Positions 29,744-38,900 of a DNA stretch of 64,000 nucleotides are shown here, piece after piece; the first letter of the stretch is position 1, and every line of letters begins with the position of its first letter. A program made the translations under genes and the position numbers. The stretch lies in assembly GCA_020631855.1 (NCBI GenBank), contig JACKGU010000001.1, forward strand, positions 103,601-167,600, written 5' to 3'. The notes beneath the pieces are model-generated. The model made no database searches, was not told the DNA's origin, and was given only the letters and a program-made list of their open reading frames with translations. Origin of the DNA: Candidatus Nomurabacteria bacterium (GTDB lineage: Bacteria > Patescibacteriota > WWE3 > UBA101185 > UBA10185).

Positions 29744-31126
29744 ATGAAGGTTTTATTTGTTACTTCTGAGGTTGCTCCAATAAGAAAATTCGGTGGTTTA
29801 GGAGATTTTTCCGCGTCATTGCCCAAAGCCCTGTCGGGTTTGGGGGTCGCTGTCGATATAATCTTTCCTTACTATGCTGAAAATAAGTTAGAGAATTATG
29901 TTGTGACTAAACTGATTGAACTGCAGGTACCTTATAACAATAAAAGTCATACTATCCCATTCTATTGCATAAAACTTAATAGCGACTTGAGGGTTCTAAT
30001 GCCCAAAATAACCCACTCAAACTTGCCGGTAGATAATTATTCCGATGTAGAATTTTTCTCTTTTTTTAATAGGTGCGTGGTTGAATACATTAAAAGTCAG
30101 TACAATACGTACAATGTCGTTCATTGCAATGATTGGCATGCGGGTTTTGTTACGCATATTTTGGAGCAAGAATTGGGGCATGACAGGCCCAAGACTCTTT
30201 TAACGATTCATAATTTTGGCTATCAGGGTGTTTTTGATCCTGTAATTGTCATGGAGATGGGACTGACGCCCGGTGAGCATCCCTTAGTCGATTGGGACAT
30301 ATCTGACGGGGATGTTAACATGCTTTTACAGGGTATTGGTTCTAGTGATTTTGTTAACACGGTGTCGCCGTCTTATGCGTCAGAGCTCATGGAGCAGCAG
30401 GAGGTTGCAGATAGTCCTCAAATTATTCAAGTACTTTTAGGAAGAAAAGATAGATTTAAAGGTATATTAAACGGAATTGATTATACTCAGCTGCCGAGAA
30501 GTTTTTCTGCGCAAGATTTCAAAAAGCATAAGAGCGAGACGAAGAGGATGTTGCAGGAGAAGTTTAAACTTGATTTAAAAGAACAGGCACCTCTTTTTTC
30601 TTTTATCTCTAGATTAGATCCGGGGCAAAAAGGTTTAGACATTCTTTTCGAAAGTGTTAAGACAATAGATGCTATAGAGGGACAGTTTATTTTATTAGGA
30701 ACAGGGGACAAGGCGTGGGAAAAGAAGTTTTCCGACATACTGTCACATAATATGTCTGTTAATATCACTTTTGACGTTGAGTTAGCAAACGCTATTTATT
30801 CTGCCAGCGATTTCTTTTTTGTGCCTTCTAAGTATGAGCCTTGTGGTTTGACTCAGATGATGGCCATGTGGTACGGTGCGCTGCCGATAGTGCACAATGT
30901 TGGGGGCCTAAAAGATACTGTGGTTGATGGAAAGAACGGTTTTGTTTTTGATGACTATTCTTCGAAAGCTCTCTCCGAAGCAATTATAAGAGCCTCCGAA
31001 GTTTATAAGAATAGACCCGTACTGGACGAGATGATCAAGTCCGCCATGTTAGCAGATTTTAGCTGGAAGATAAGCGCTTTGGAGTATAAACGGTTGTATG
31101 AAGATTTGGTAAGAGGTACTATTTAA
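29744..31126 (+). CDS. glgA: Glycogen/starch synthase (GT5), second paralog
   Basis: 'MKVLFVTSEVAPIRKFGGLGDF' and the C-terminal 'GGLKDTV' are present. Confidence 0.75.
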   Translation: MKVLFVTSEVAPIRKFGGLGDFSASLPKALSGLGVAVDIIFPYYAENKLENYVVTKLIELQVPYNNKSHTIPFYCIKLNSDLRVLMPKITHSNLPVDNYSDVEFFSFFNRCVVEYIKSQYNTYNVVHCNDWHAGFVTHILEQELGHDRPKTLLTIHNFGYQGVFDPVIVMEMGLTPGEHPLVDWDISDGDVNMLLQGIGSSDFVNTVSPSYASELMEQQEVADSPQIIQVLLGRKDRFKGILNGIDYTQLPRSFSAQDFKKHKSETKRMLQEKFKLDLKEQAPLFSFISRLDPGQKGLDILFESVKTIDAIEGQFILLGTGDKAWEKKFSDILSHNMSVNITFDVELANAIYSASDFFFVPSKYEPCGLTQMMAMWYGALPIVHNVGGLKDTVVDGKNGFVFDDYSSKALSEAIIRASEVYKNRPVLDEMIKSAMLADFSWKISALEYKRLYEDLVRGTI

Positions 31127-31128
31127 GC

Positions 31129-32118
31129 ATGAAAGATTCTGCCCAAACAGCAAAGCCCCAAAATCATTTTATTTTCGATCCTTTAACCGGCGATGCTACG
31201 ATTATCGCTGTCAATAGAGCCAAAAGACCGGATCAAACCGGTTCGGTTGGAAGAAAAGATTCTGTTTCTAGGACTCCCGTTTCCTCCATAGTGAAAGATT
31301 CTGCAGAGGCCCCAAAGCCGAAACCTTGCCCTTTTTGTAAGGGCAACGAGTCTATGACGCCTGCAACTTTGTATCAGGATGAGGATGATTGGAACGTTCG
31401 TGTGTTTGAAAATAAGTTTCCGCTTTTGGAGAATCACGAAGTAGTAGTACATTCTCCTGATCATGATAAAGATATTGAAGATTTAAGTACAGACGAAGTT
31501 GTAAAGATTTTAAGGGCTTATTTAAATAGGCTTGGCATTTACAACGCTGAAGAAAAAGAAGTAATTATATTTAATAATCGCGGAGGAAAGGCAGGAGCCT
31601 CCCTAATGCATCCTCATTCTCAGGTAGTAGCTTCCAAAGGATTTCCTGGAACTATTGAGCAGGAGAAGAGCAGTGCCCTTCACTACTACAATTCGCATGT
31701 GATGTGTTATTGGTGCCATGAAATGGAAAAAGAAATAGTAAACAAACAGCGCGTAGTTTTAGAGTCCAAGCATTTTGTAGTTTATGTGCCCGAGGCGTGC
31801 CGATGGAGTTACGAAATGCGCTTGTTGCCGAAAAAGCATACACCGACTTTTGCTTATACTACTGAACCCGAACTATATGATCTTGCCGATGTGTTGCAAA
31901 AGGTTCTTAAAGCTTATAATCATCTTTTTGATAGGCCTGATAGAAATTTTTGGATACACACTGAAAGGTATGAACCTTACCATTGGCACATTGGGTTTAT
32001 CCCTCATATTAAAGTTTTTGGTGCGCTTGAGTTAGGCGCCGGAATATGGGTGAGTGATAAGGCCACCTCAGAGGACGCTGCCGCGCAACTTAGAGATGTT
32101 ATAGCTACTTTTAAGTAG
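31129..32118 (+). CDS. GalT-family (HIT superfamily) hexose-1-phosphate nucleotidyltransferase
   Basis: The zinc-knuckle 'CPFCKGNE' and the active-site 'HPHSQVVA' (HxHxQ) are present. Confidence 0.7.
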   Translation: MKDSAQTAKPQNHFIFDPLTGDATIIAVNRAKRPDQTGSVGRKDSVSRTPVSSIVKDSAEAPKPKPCPFCKGNESMTPATLYQDEDDWNVRVFENKFPLLENHEVVVHSPDHDKDIEDLSTDEVVKILRAYLNRLGIYNAEEKEVIIFNNRGGKAGASLMHPHSQVVASKGFPGTIEQEKSSALHYYNSHVMCYWCHEMEKEIVNKQRVVLESKHFVVYVPEACRWSYEMRLLPKKHTPTFAYTTEPELYDLADVLQKVLKAYNHLFDRPDRNFWIHTERYEPYHWHIGFIPHIKVFGALELGAGIWVSDKATSEDAAAQLRDVIATFK

Positions 32119-32181
32119 GGGACTACGGGCGTTTGGATTTTTCCTCAGCCACTTTTTTCTCACGGTTTGGTATTTGTGTTT

Positions 32182-32305
32182 TTATAATTTAGTTACTTAA
32201 AACTACTCGCGTAAGCTGGTAGGTGTAGTTTACCCAACATGTTGGGCTTTGCAGCGTAAAGAAGTTACAGCAAACCTCCTGCGTCAGCTAGTGGTGGTTT
32301 ATTGG
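32182..32305 (+). repeat. Intergenic roughly 125 bp repeat element, copy E
   Basis: TTTATAATTTAGTTACTTAAAACTACTCGCGTAAGCTGGTAGGTGTAGTTTACCCAACATGTTGGGCTTTGCAGCGTAAAG... Confidence 0.75.
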
Positions 32306-32386
32306 ATAGTTTTAAAAGGTTTGGATAATGAAGGCACCCCGCTTTGCGGGGTGCCTCGGAAACATTCCTAAAGTTCTAGTTCTAGT

Positions 32387-32788
32387 TTATTTAAGTTCAA
32401 CCTTTGCTCCTGCTTCTTCCAGCTTCTTCTTAGCGGCTTCAGCGTCTTCTTTCTTTGCCCCTTCCAACAATGCTTTAGGAGCTGACTCTACTAATTCCTT
32501 TGCTTCTACTAATCCCAATGATTGGTTGACTTCTCGAACTGCTTTAATTACAGCAATTTTATTTGAACCTGCGTCTGCAATTATGACATCAAATTCTGTT
32601 TGTTCATCTCCTGGTGCTTCAGCTACAGCTCCCGCCGCAGGCATTGAGCCCATGACCATAGGTGCCGCTGCAGTAATTCCAAACTTTTCTTCCATAGCTT
32701 TTACGAGTTCGTTAAGCTCTACAATGGTCATTTGTTCTACCATTTCTAGTACTTTTTCTGCGTTTTTACTTAGTGTTACTTCTGACAT
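32387..32788 (-). CDS. rplL: 50S ribosomal protein L7/L12
   Basis: The Ala/Glu-rich hinge and the C-terminal '[21 protein letters not shown]...[14 protein letters not shown]' are present. Confidence 0.9.
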   Translation of the reverse strand: MSEVTLSKNAEKVLEMVEQMTIVELNELVKAMEEKFGITAAAPMVMGSMPAAGAVAEAPGDEQTEFDVIIADAGSNKIAVIKAVREVNQSLGLVEAKELVESAPKALLEGAKKEDAEAAKKKLEEAGAKVELK

Positions 32789-32880
32789 AGATCTACACCT
32801 CCTTAATAAATTACAATTTCTATATTCTTAATTACGTGCCTTAGCACATAGGGTTTTTGGATAATTCCAAGAACCTGCAA

Positions 32881-33426
32881 TCAAGCCTCTTTCTTAGAAG
32901 CAAGTTGTGAAACTGCATAAATAAATTTTCTTTGTACTCCAGAAGTTGCTCCGGCAAAGCCTTGAAGAGGGGATTTTAATCCCCAAATCAGCTTGCTTAA
33001 AAGCTCTTCTCTGCTAGGTAATGAGTTTAGTTCTGTTAGTTCGTTGGCGGTTAAAAACTTGCCTTCAACAAACCCCGATTTTACTACCGGAAGAGAATTT
33101 TCTTGAGTTTTTATAAAGCCGAATAAGGTTTTAATGCTTGAAATGGCATCTGCGAAGCCGAATATTGTCATGGTACCGTCTTTAAGTTCTGTGTCTAGAT
33201 TAGAGTCAGTTAGATTGTTTTCTTTGAGTGCGATCTTCAACAACGTGTTTTTTGCAACAGAAGAAGATGCGTCTACAGCCCTAAGCTTTGATCGTAAGTC
33301 GCTCATTTCAGTAGCTTTTATTCCATGATAGTTTACGAAGACTATCGATTTTGCTTTAGCTACTTTTTCACTCAGGTCTTTTACTGCTTGTTTGTTTTTG
33401 TTATTTGGCATAATTCTTTCTTTCAA
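32881..33426 (-). CDS. rplJ: 50S ribosomal protein L10 (the probable start is at the internal MPNNK)
   Basis: 'VKDLSEKVAKAKSIVFVNYHGIKATEMSDLRSKLR' is present and the gene is adjacent to rplL. Confidence 0.85.
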   Translation of the reverse strand: MKERIMPNNKNKQAVKDLSEKVAKAKSIVFVNYHGIKATEMSDLRSKLRAVDASSSVAKNTLLKIALKENNLTDSNLDTELKDGTMTIFGFADAISSIKTLFGFIKTQENSLPVVKSGFVEGKFLTANELTELNSLPSREELLSKLIWGLKSPLQGFAGATSGVQRKFIYAVSQLASKKEA

Positions 33427-33685
33427 ACTTTATTAGTCAATTAATCTGCAACTGCAAGAGACTTTTAAATCTCAATTAATTTCTGGTTGATCCTTAGCCT
33501 ATAAATAATGCTACACGAGGGTGATAAAAATATTGTTATAAAATTTTATTTGCCTCGGCAAGATTATTAAGCTTTAAGGCCCTTGCTGTCTTAGGTACTA
33601 CATTAGTTTACAATTTTTTTTCTTAGTGTCAAGTATCGCGCACAGTGAGACCAACATTCAGGCAATTTATAGTTGTTGCTTGTGT

Positions 33686-35908
33686 TTAGTTAGTCTCGGT
33701 CGTAGGAACTTTATCAAGCTCTATGGAGGGATCTAATACAGGATCCTTCAAAGGCTCTTGAAGAGTAACTTGTGTTTCGTTGTTTGGCCCCGGCTCTTGG
33801 GTTGTTAGCTCTTCAACCGTTGGCTTCTCATCTGATGTTCCTGCAACTTGTGGTTCTGGGAGCGCTTCTATAGCGGCAACAACCATATTGTAGTCTTCGG
33901 AATCGGGCTGCACCAGTCTCTTGGTAATTTCGTACTCTGTTTTTGCTAGGTCGTATTTTTCAATTTTTTCTAGGGCTTGCGCTAAGTTATAGTGCGCATT
34001 AGCGTAATCTCCTTTTAAGTTAGCCGCTTGTCTAAAAAGATTTGCTGCTTCAAGATATTTTTCTTGAGAAAAGTAGACATTGCCTAAATCCAGCCTTAGT
34101 CTCGGGCTGTTTGGATCCAGCCTGATGGCATTTTCATAAGCCTGAATTGTCAAAGTATCGGCATCTTTAGCCACACTAAGCAGTTGTTTAAAGATTGTTG
34201 CTCTTAGTTCCCAAGAATTTGCGTTAAGAGGGTCTAAGACTTCGGTGCTGGTTTTTACCTGGTTTACGGCTTCGGTAATCGCATTCTGAATGATGGAGCT
34301 TTCTTCCTCGGTCGGCTCTTCCTGCGCGGACATGTTTTGAGCTATCAACATGTTGGTTTGTGCATAAGCATTTCGATATTCTGCTCTTGTAGGAGCATAG
34401 GAAATGGCCTTCTGCTGATATAGGTACATTTTTACACCATCTCCTTGCGCAAAGGCCTTTATAGAACCTGCGAAGTAATATTCTGCAGCATAGGCCCTGT
34501 AAAATAGAATTGATCCCAGCAAGGCTACGGCTAGCACCGGTATAGCAGCAAACACGTGGAAGCTCTTTAGTAGCCCTGTGTTGGTGCCCACATTCTTAGG
34601 GGCTTTTTGGATTGCCGCTATCTTGAGTTCAATAATTTGGGTAATCACTCCGCTATTTTTTACTGCCATTATAGTCGTAAGGGCGGTAAAAAGCATTAGC
34701 ATGAAGCTATTTAAAATATTAGCGTAAGTAAAAACATACGTAATGGCCATGGCAATCATTAAAGTTGCAACAAGCTTCTCCGTATTCTCATTTGCGGCTA
34801 AAATCGACTCTGTCCCTGCCTTAATAGTTCTTTGGGCTATAAATATAAAGGCTATCACCCCGGCTATACCTAGTGTCGCCATAAGGTTATACACTTCATT
34901 GTAAGGCTTATCCATCCTGATATTCCAAAGGTTGGTGTTGTTTATGTAAACGGGCCTGTATCTTGTGTAATTTAAGTTGTACGTTGCCGGACCTGTACCT
35001 AAAACAGGGAAGTCTGTGATGGTTTTAGATGCTACAACCCACGAAGACATTCCATCAGACTTAAGATCTTTTGGAAAATCGGGTTTAGCAAGAAGCTCTT
35101 TTGTATTTGGGCTCATCATGCCAATTGTCAATACTATTGCCACTAATGTTCCCGGAAGAACGGCTTTAAAGACCATTTTTGTTTTTGCTCTGCTAGTTAT
35201 TAAGAGAATTAACAAAGATCCTACAGCAAGAAATGCCCATGCCGAGAGTATATTAAATAAAACCAGGAGAGCGAGGTTAACAGCTATTGTTAGCATTGTC
35301 AGTAGTTTAATCGGCAGTAACTTAATTGAGGGATATATGCCGGCTGAAAATACTACTGCAAAAGCAGCGAGAATGGCGCTGTTTGAAGTTGAACCTGCAA
35401 ACTGAGTACCATAAGGAACTCTTAGTGAGGTCAGAACGTTCAGATCAAAATAAGCTAAGAGCGCAGTTAAGGTGCTAATCGTGGTGCCGATAAGTAAGAA
35501 AATAAGAGTTTGGACGACCTCCTGTTTTGTCATATCAGTAAGTACAAGAGCATAGTAGCAGAGAGCGGTTACAAGTATGCCTAGCAAGCTCGGAAACCAA
35601 CGTCCGTAGTTTCCGTAGATGCTGGCAGTCTTGCTGATGGAAAAAAAAGACGCCAAAGCGAACACAACTATGAAGAAAAGTATGGCCGGATTAAGTGACG
35701 ATTTTATAAAGTTTACGTTTTTTGTGTATAGGATTTTAAAAGCTGTCACAAAAAGAAGAAACAATGTAAAGGATATCAATAGTGCCTGCTTGTTATACTC
35801 GAAATAATCCGAAGTTATCGGCAGGAAAAATAGTGGCATCATTAATGCCACAAAAGAAGTTACTGAGGTTATTAGTTTATCAAAAAGCTTAGCAGGTCTT
35901 TCATTCAT
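33686..35908 (-). CDS. Polytopic membrane protein (O-antigen ligase/Wzy-like region) with C-terminal TPR repeats
   Basis: It has at least 10 predicted transmembrane helices, followed by TPR-like 'AYENAIRLDPNSPRLRLDLGNVYFSQEKYLEAANLFRQAANL..YANAHYNLAQALEKIEKYDLA'. Confidence 0.45.
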   Translation of the reverse strand: MNERPAKLFDKLITSVTSFVALMMPLFFLPITSDYFEYNKQALLISFTLFLLFVTAFKILYTKNVNFIKSSLNPAILFFIVVFALASFFSISKTASIYGNYGRWFPSLLGILVTALCYYALVLTDMTKQEVVQTLIFLLIGTTISTLTALLAYFDLNVLTSLRVPYGTQFAGSTSNSAILAAFAVVFSAGIYPSIKLLPIKLLTMLTIAVNLALLVLFNILSAWAFLAVGSLLILLITSRAKTKMVFKAVLPGTLVAIVLTIGMMSPNTKELLAKPDFPKDLKSDGMSSWVVASKTITDFPVLGTGPATYNLNYTRYRPVYINNTNLWNIRMDKPYNEVYNLMATLGIAGVIAFIFIAQRTIKAGTESILAANENTEKLVATLMIAMAITYVFTYANILNSFMLMLFTALTTIMAVKNSGVITQIIELKIAAIQKAPKNVGTNTGLLKSFHVFAAIPVLAVALLGSILFYRAYAAEYYFAGSIKAFAQGDGVKMYLYQQKAISYAPTRAEYRNAYAQTNMLIAQNMSAQEEPTEEESSIIQNAITEAVNQVKTSTEVLDPLNANSWELRATIFKQLLSVAKDADTLTIQAYENAIRLDPNSPRLRLDLGNVYFSQEKYLEAANLFRQAANLKGDYANAHYNLAQALEKIEKYDLAKTEYEITKRLVQPDSEDYNMVVAAIEALPEPQVAGTSDEKPTVEELTTQEPGPNNETQVTLQEPLKDPVLDPSIELDKVPTTETN

Positions 35909-35983
35909 GTATTAATGGTATTACTATTTAAGTCTGATTGTCAAACGAATGTTTCCCTTTATGGTAAATATTGCTGTGTAGCT

Positions 35984-38900
35984 TTATTTTATGGTTATAA
36001 TCCACCAATCAAATTCTATATCTTCTGTTACCGGACTGTTGGTTTTAACAATAAAGTATTCTTTTTCAGCCTTTTCATATACGTATAGCACCTCGTTATA
36101 GGTATTGCTAGTTGGTGTTATTATGACCTTGGAGTTGGCATCTATTGATTTTGTTTCTATTTTTACCTCGGTACTTTCGGCTTTCAAGACCCCACTGCCG
36201 ACATAGTCGCTGTCTTTATCAAATACAAGCTCTGAAGTTTTGATTTGTGCCGCTTCAACCTCTCCCTCAATACGAACTGTTCCATCTGCTTCAAATAGAA
36301 TAGCGCCGTCCATAAAATCTATGTTTCCGGACAGATTCTTTTGGAAGTATATGGTTTGTAGTTCACATAGTTCTTCATTTAGGCTACCTGTTGCTTTGGT
36401 GTAACATGAAGGTCCAATAACACTAAGCTCGTTTGTTAGAGACTCAAGTCTAATGCTTCCAACTTGAAGATCTTTGGTAATTGTTAAACCACCAAGTGTT
36501 GTATCTCCTGTAACTAGGAAGTTTGCATCAAGGGTCATTGTTGTAGTACTGTCTTGAGTTTGAGTAGTAAGTCCAAGAGCTTCTGCGAATCCTTTAAAGG
36601 ATTCATATGTATCTTTAAGCTCTTGAATCTTGGAATCAATGTATGTGGTATCTTCAGGTGTGACTTCGATTGTATTAGTTTGAGTTAGATTGGTTTGAGT
36701 TTCCGTATCAACTTCAAGCTGTGCTAATTGTTCTTGCAGATCCTCGATCTTCTGCTCTTGTTCTTGGATACCTTTAATAAGGTAGGGGACTAGATGGTGG
36801 TATTCAATTGACCATGTGTTTGCGGGATCATCAGGTTTATCAACTACCTGCGGTAGATACTCATATACATCTTGAGCAATAAGCCCTGTTGCTCTTCCTC
36901 TATCTGCCCATTTTGTTCCTTCTTTCCAATCAAAATCAACAACTTCAAAACGATTAATTAATTCAAGTGCATTAAGATTTGATGTTTCAATATTATCTTT
37001 AAGTCTTCTATCTGATGCTGTAACGTTAATAGAAGCATTACCGATATACATAGTAGTTGAACCTGAACCATTTGACGAGTCATCAAGTAGATTAGCATCG
37101 ACCGCGTTACCTATATGAAAGCCTCCTCCTGCATATACAATATCTCCGACATCTAAGAAATCTCTAAAGTAGCTATAGCCGTTTGAAACTCCAACATGAA
37201 ACACTTCATCATAGATATCTCTAACCACAAAACTCTTACCTGATGTTCCTCCTGCATCAAGACGTAAATATCCATCTCCGCTACCGAAGCTTTCTGTATA
37301 GAGAGAGGTGCTCTTGCCGTAGCTGTCTTCCAGCTCAAGGTTTCCGACAACATGAAGCTCAGAGCCGGGGGTTGTTGTACCGATTCCAACGCGGTCTGTG
37401 CCTGCGTTGACATAAAAAAGAGCCGAGTTTGAGGACCCTCGAATGTTGAAATCGATATCCGTAGCCGCGGGATTAACATACATTATATCTGAGGTCCCTT
37501 CTGAAAGCCTTAGAAAAGCTGCTCCTCCTGCTACCACATCAAGCTGATCATCAGTAAAAGATAGGTAGGTATTAGCGTCCCCATTATGATATATGTACTG
37601 ATCTAAGCCTATATCTCCGGCAACATCAAGTGCGTAGTCTGGGGCGGAGGTTCCTGCACCTATTCTTCCGTTCGCGGCTACCGCGCTTAAAACTGTCCCG
37701 CCGGTGTCTTTCCACTCTTGAAGGTTCGAAGACTGGCTCGTAATACCTTTTACTGTCAAAGGCACGCCGGCTGAGTTTTGAGAGTGAATTGTCAATCCTG
37801 CTCCCGCACCTGAAAATAGTCCGTAGATTAAAGGAGTAGTTGTGCTTGAGTTTGCAATATATAGGGTATTTGAACCTCCCTCGTTATATCCTGCTTCATA
37901 TCCTAAGAATACGTTTGAACTTCCGTTTAACGAATAGCCGGCTCTTGATCCAACAATTGTGTTATAGTCAAGGCCGGTTCGAACTGTAAAATTCGCATAT
38001 CCGGCCATATAGCCCAAAAACGCATTCCTAGTTCCGCCAATTCGAGATCCAGACATTGCTCCTATTGATGTGTTTCCTGACTCTGTAGTATTGCCCAAAA
38101 ATACATAGCTTCCCACCCCGACATTACTGCCTCCGGAGGTATTTGCGGTAAAATTACTTGTTCCTATAACATTATTGCTACTTCCAGAAATGTTATTTTG
38201 AAGTGCGCCATTTCCTATTGCTACATTTGCAATTGCAGTTGTAGAGTAGAGCATTGCGTTCATTCCAATTGCGGTATTGTTATATCCTACGGTGAGGTTA
38301 GATAGTGTGGCTGCTCCAATAGCCGTGTTGCCACCAGCATTACCGTCAGGGTTTCTACCGTCGAGGTTATATAGGGCAGAGTGACCAATTGCAACATTAT
38401 TGATGCTGTATTTTGCTTTCTGCAATGTTCCGTACCCTATGGCAACGTTTTGAACACCGGTTTCGTTTGCATAGAGAGAAGCTCCTCCGATAGCAACATT
38501 GTACCCGGTGCCCGCATAGCTCATGCTTGCTAGAGAGCCGGAACCGATAGCTACATTTCTACTAGTCGAGACGGCGCTTCTAAGGGCGCTGTCACCCAAG
38601 GCAACATTTCCCGAGCTTGCTAGGCCTAGGTATTGCAGTGCGTTTGTTCCAAAAGCAAAGGCACCGTTCAGAGATCTTTGTTCGTTGACAATTGTTCCTG
38701 TGTCATCAAGCAGCACCACCGCTGCAGAGTTTTTAGTCACTAGTTTTACAGATACGTTATCTATTGATCCGTCGAAATCAGATGAGGGGGTAAATACAAG
38801 CCCGCCGCTTGCTCCTGCAGTAATAACCGGTGCAAAATTATTATTTGAATCATATGTAGTTAAATTTGGTGATTGTGCGCCATTTACTTTCACTCTTACT

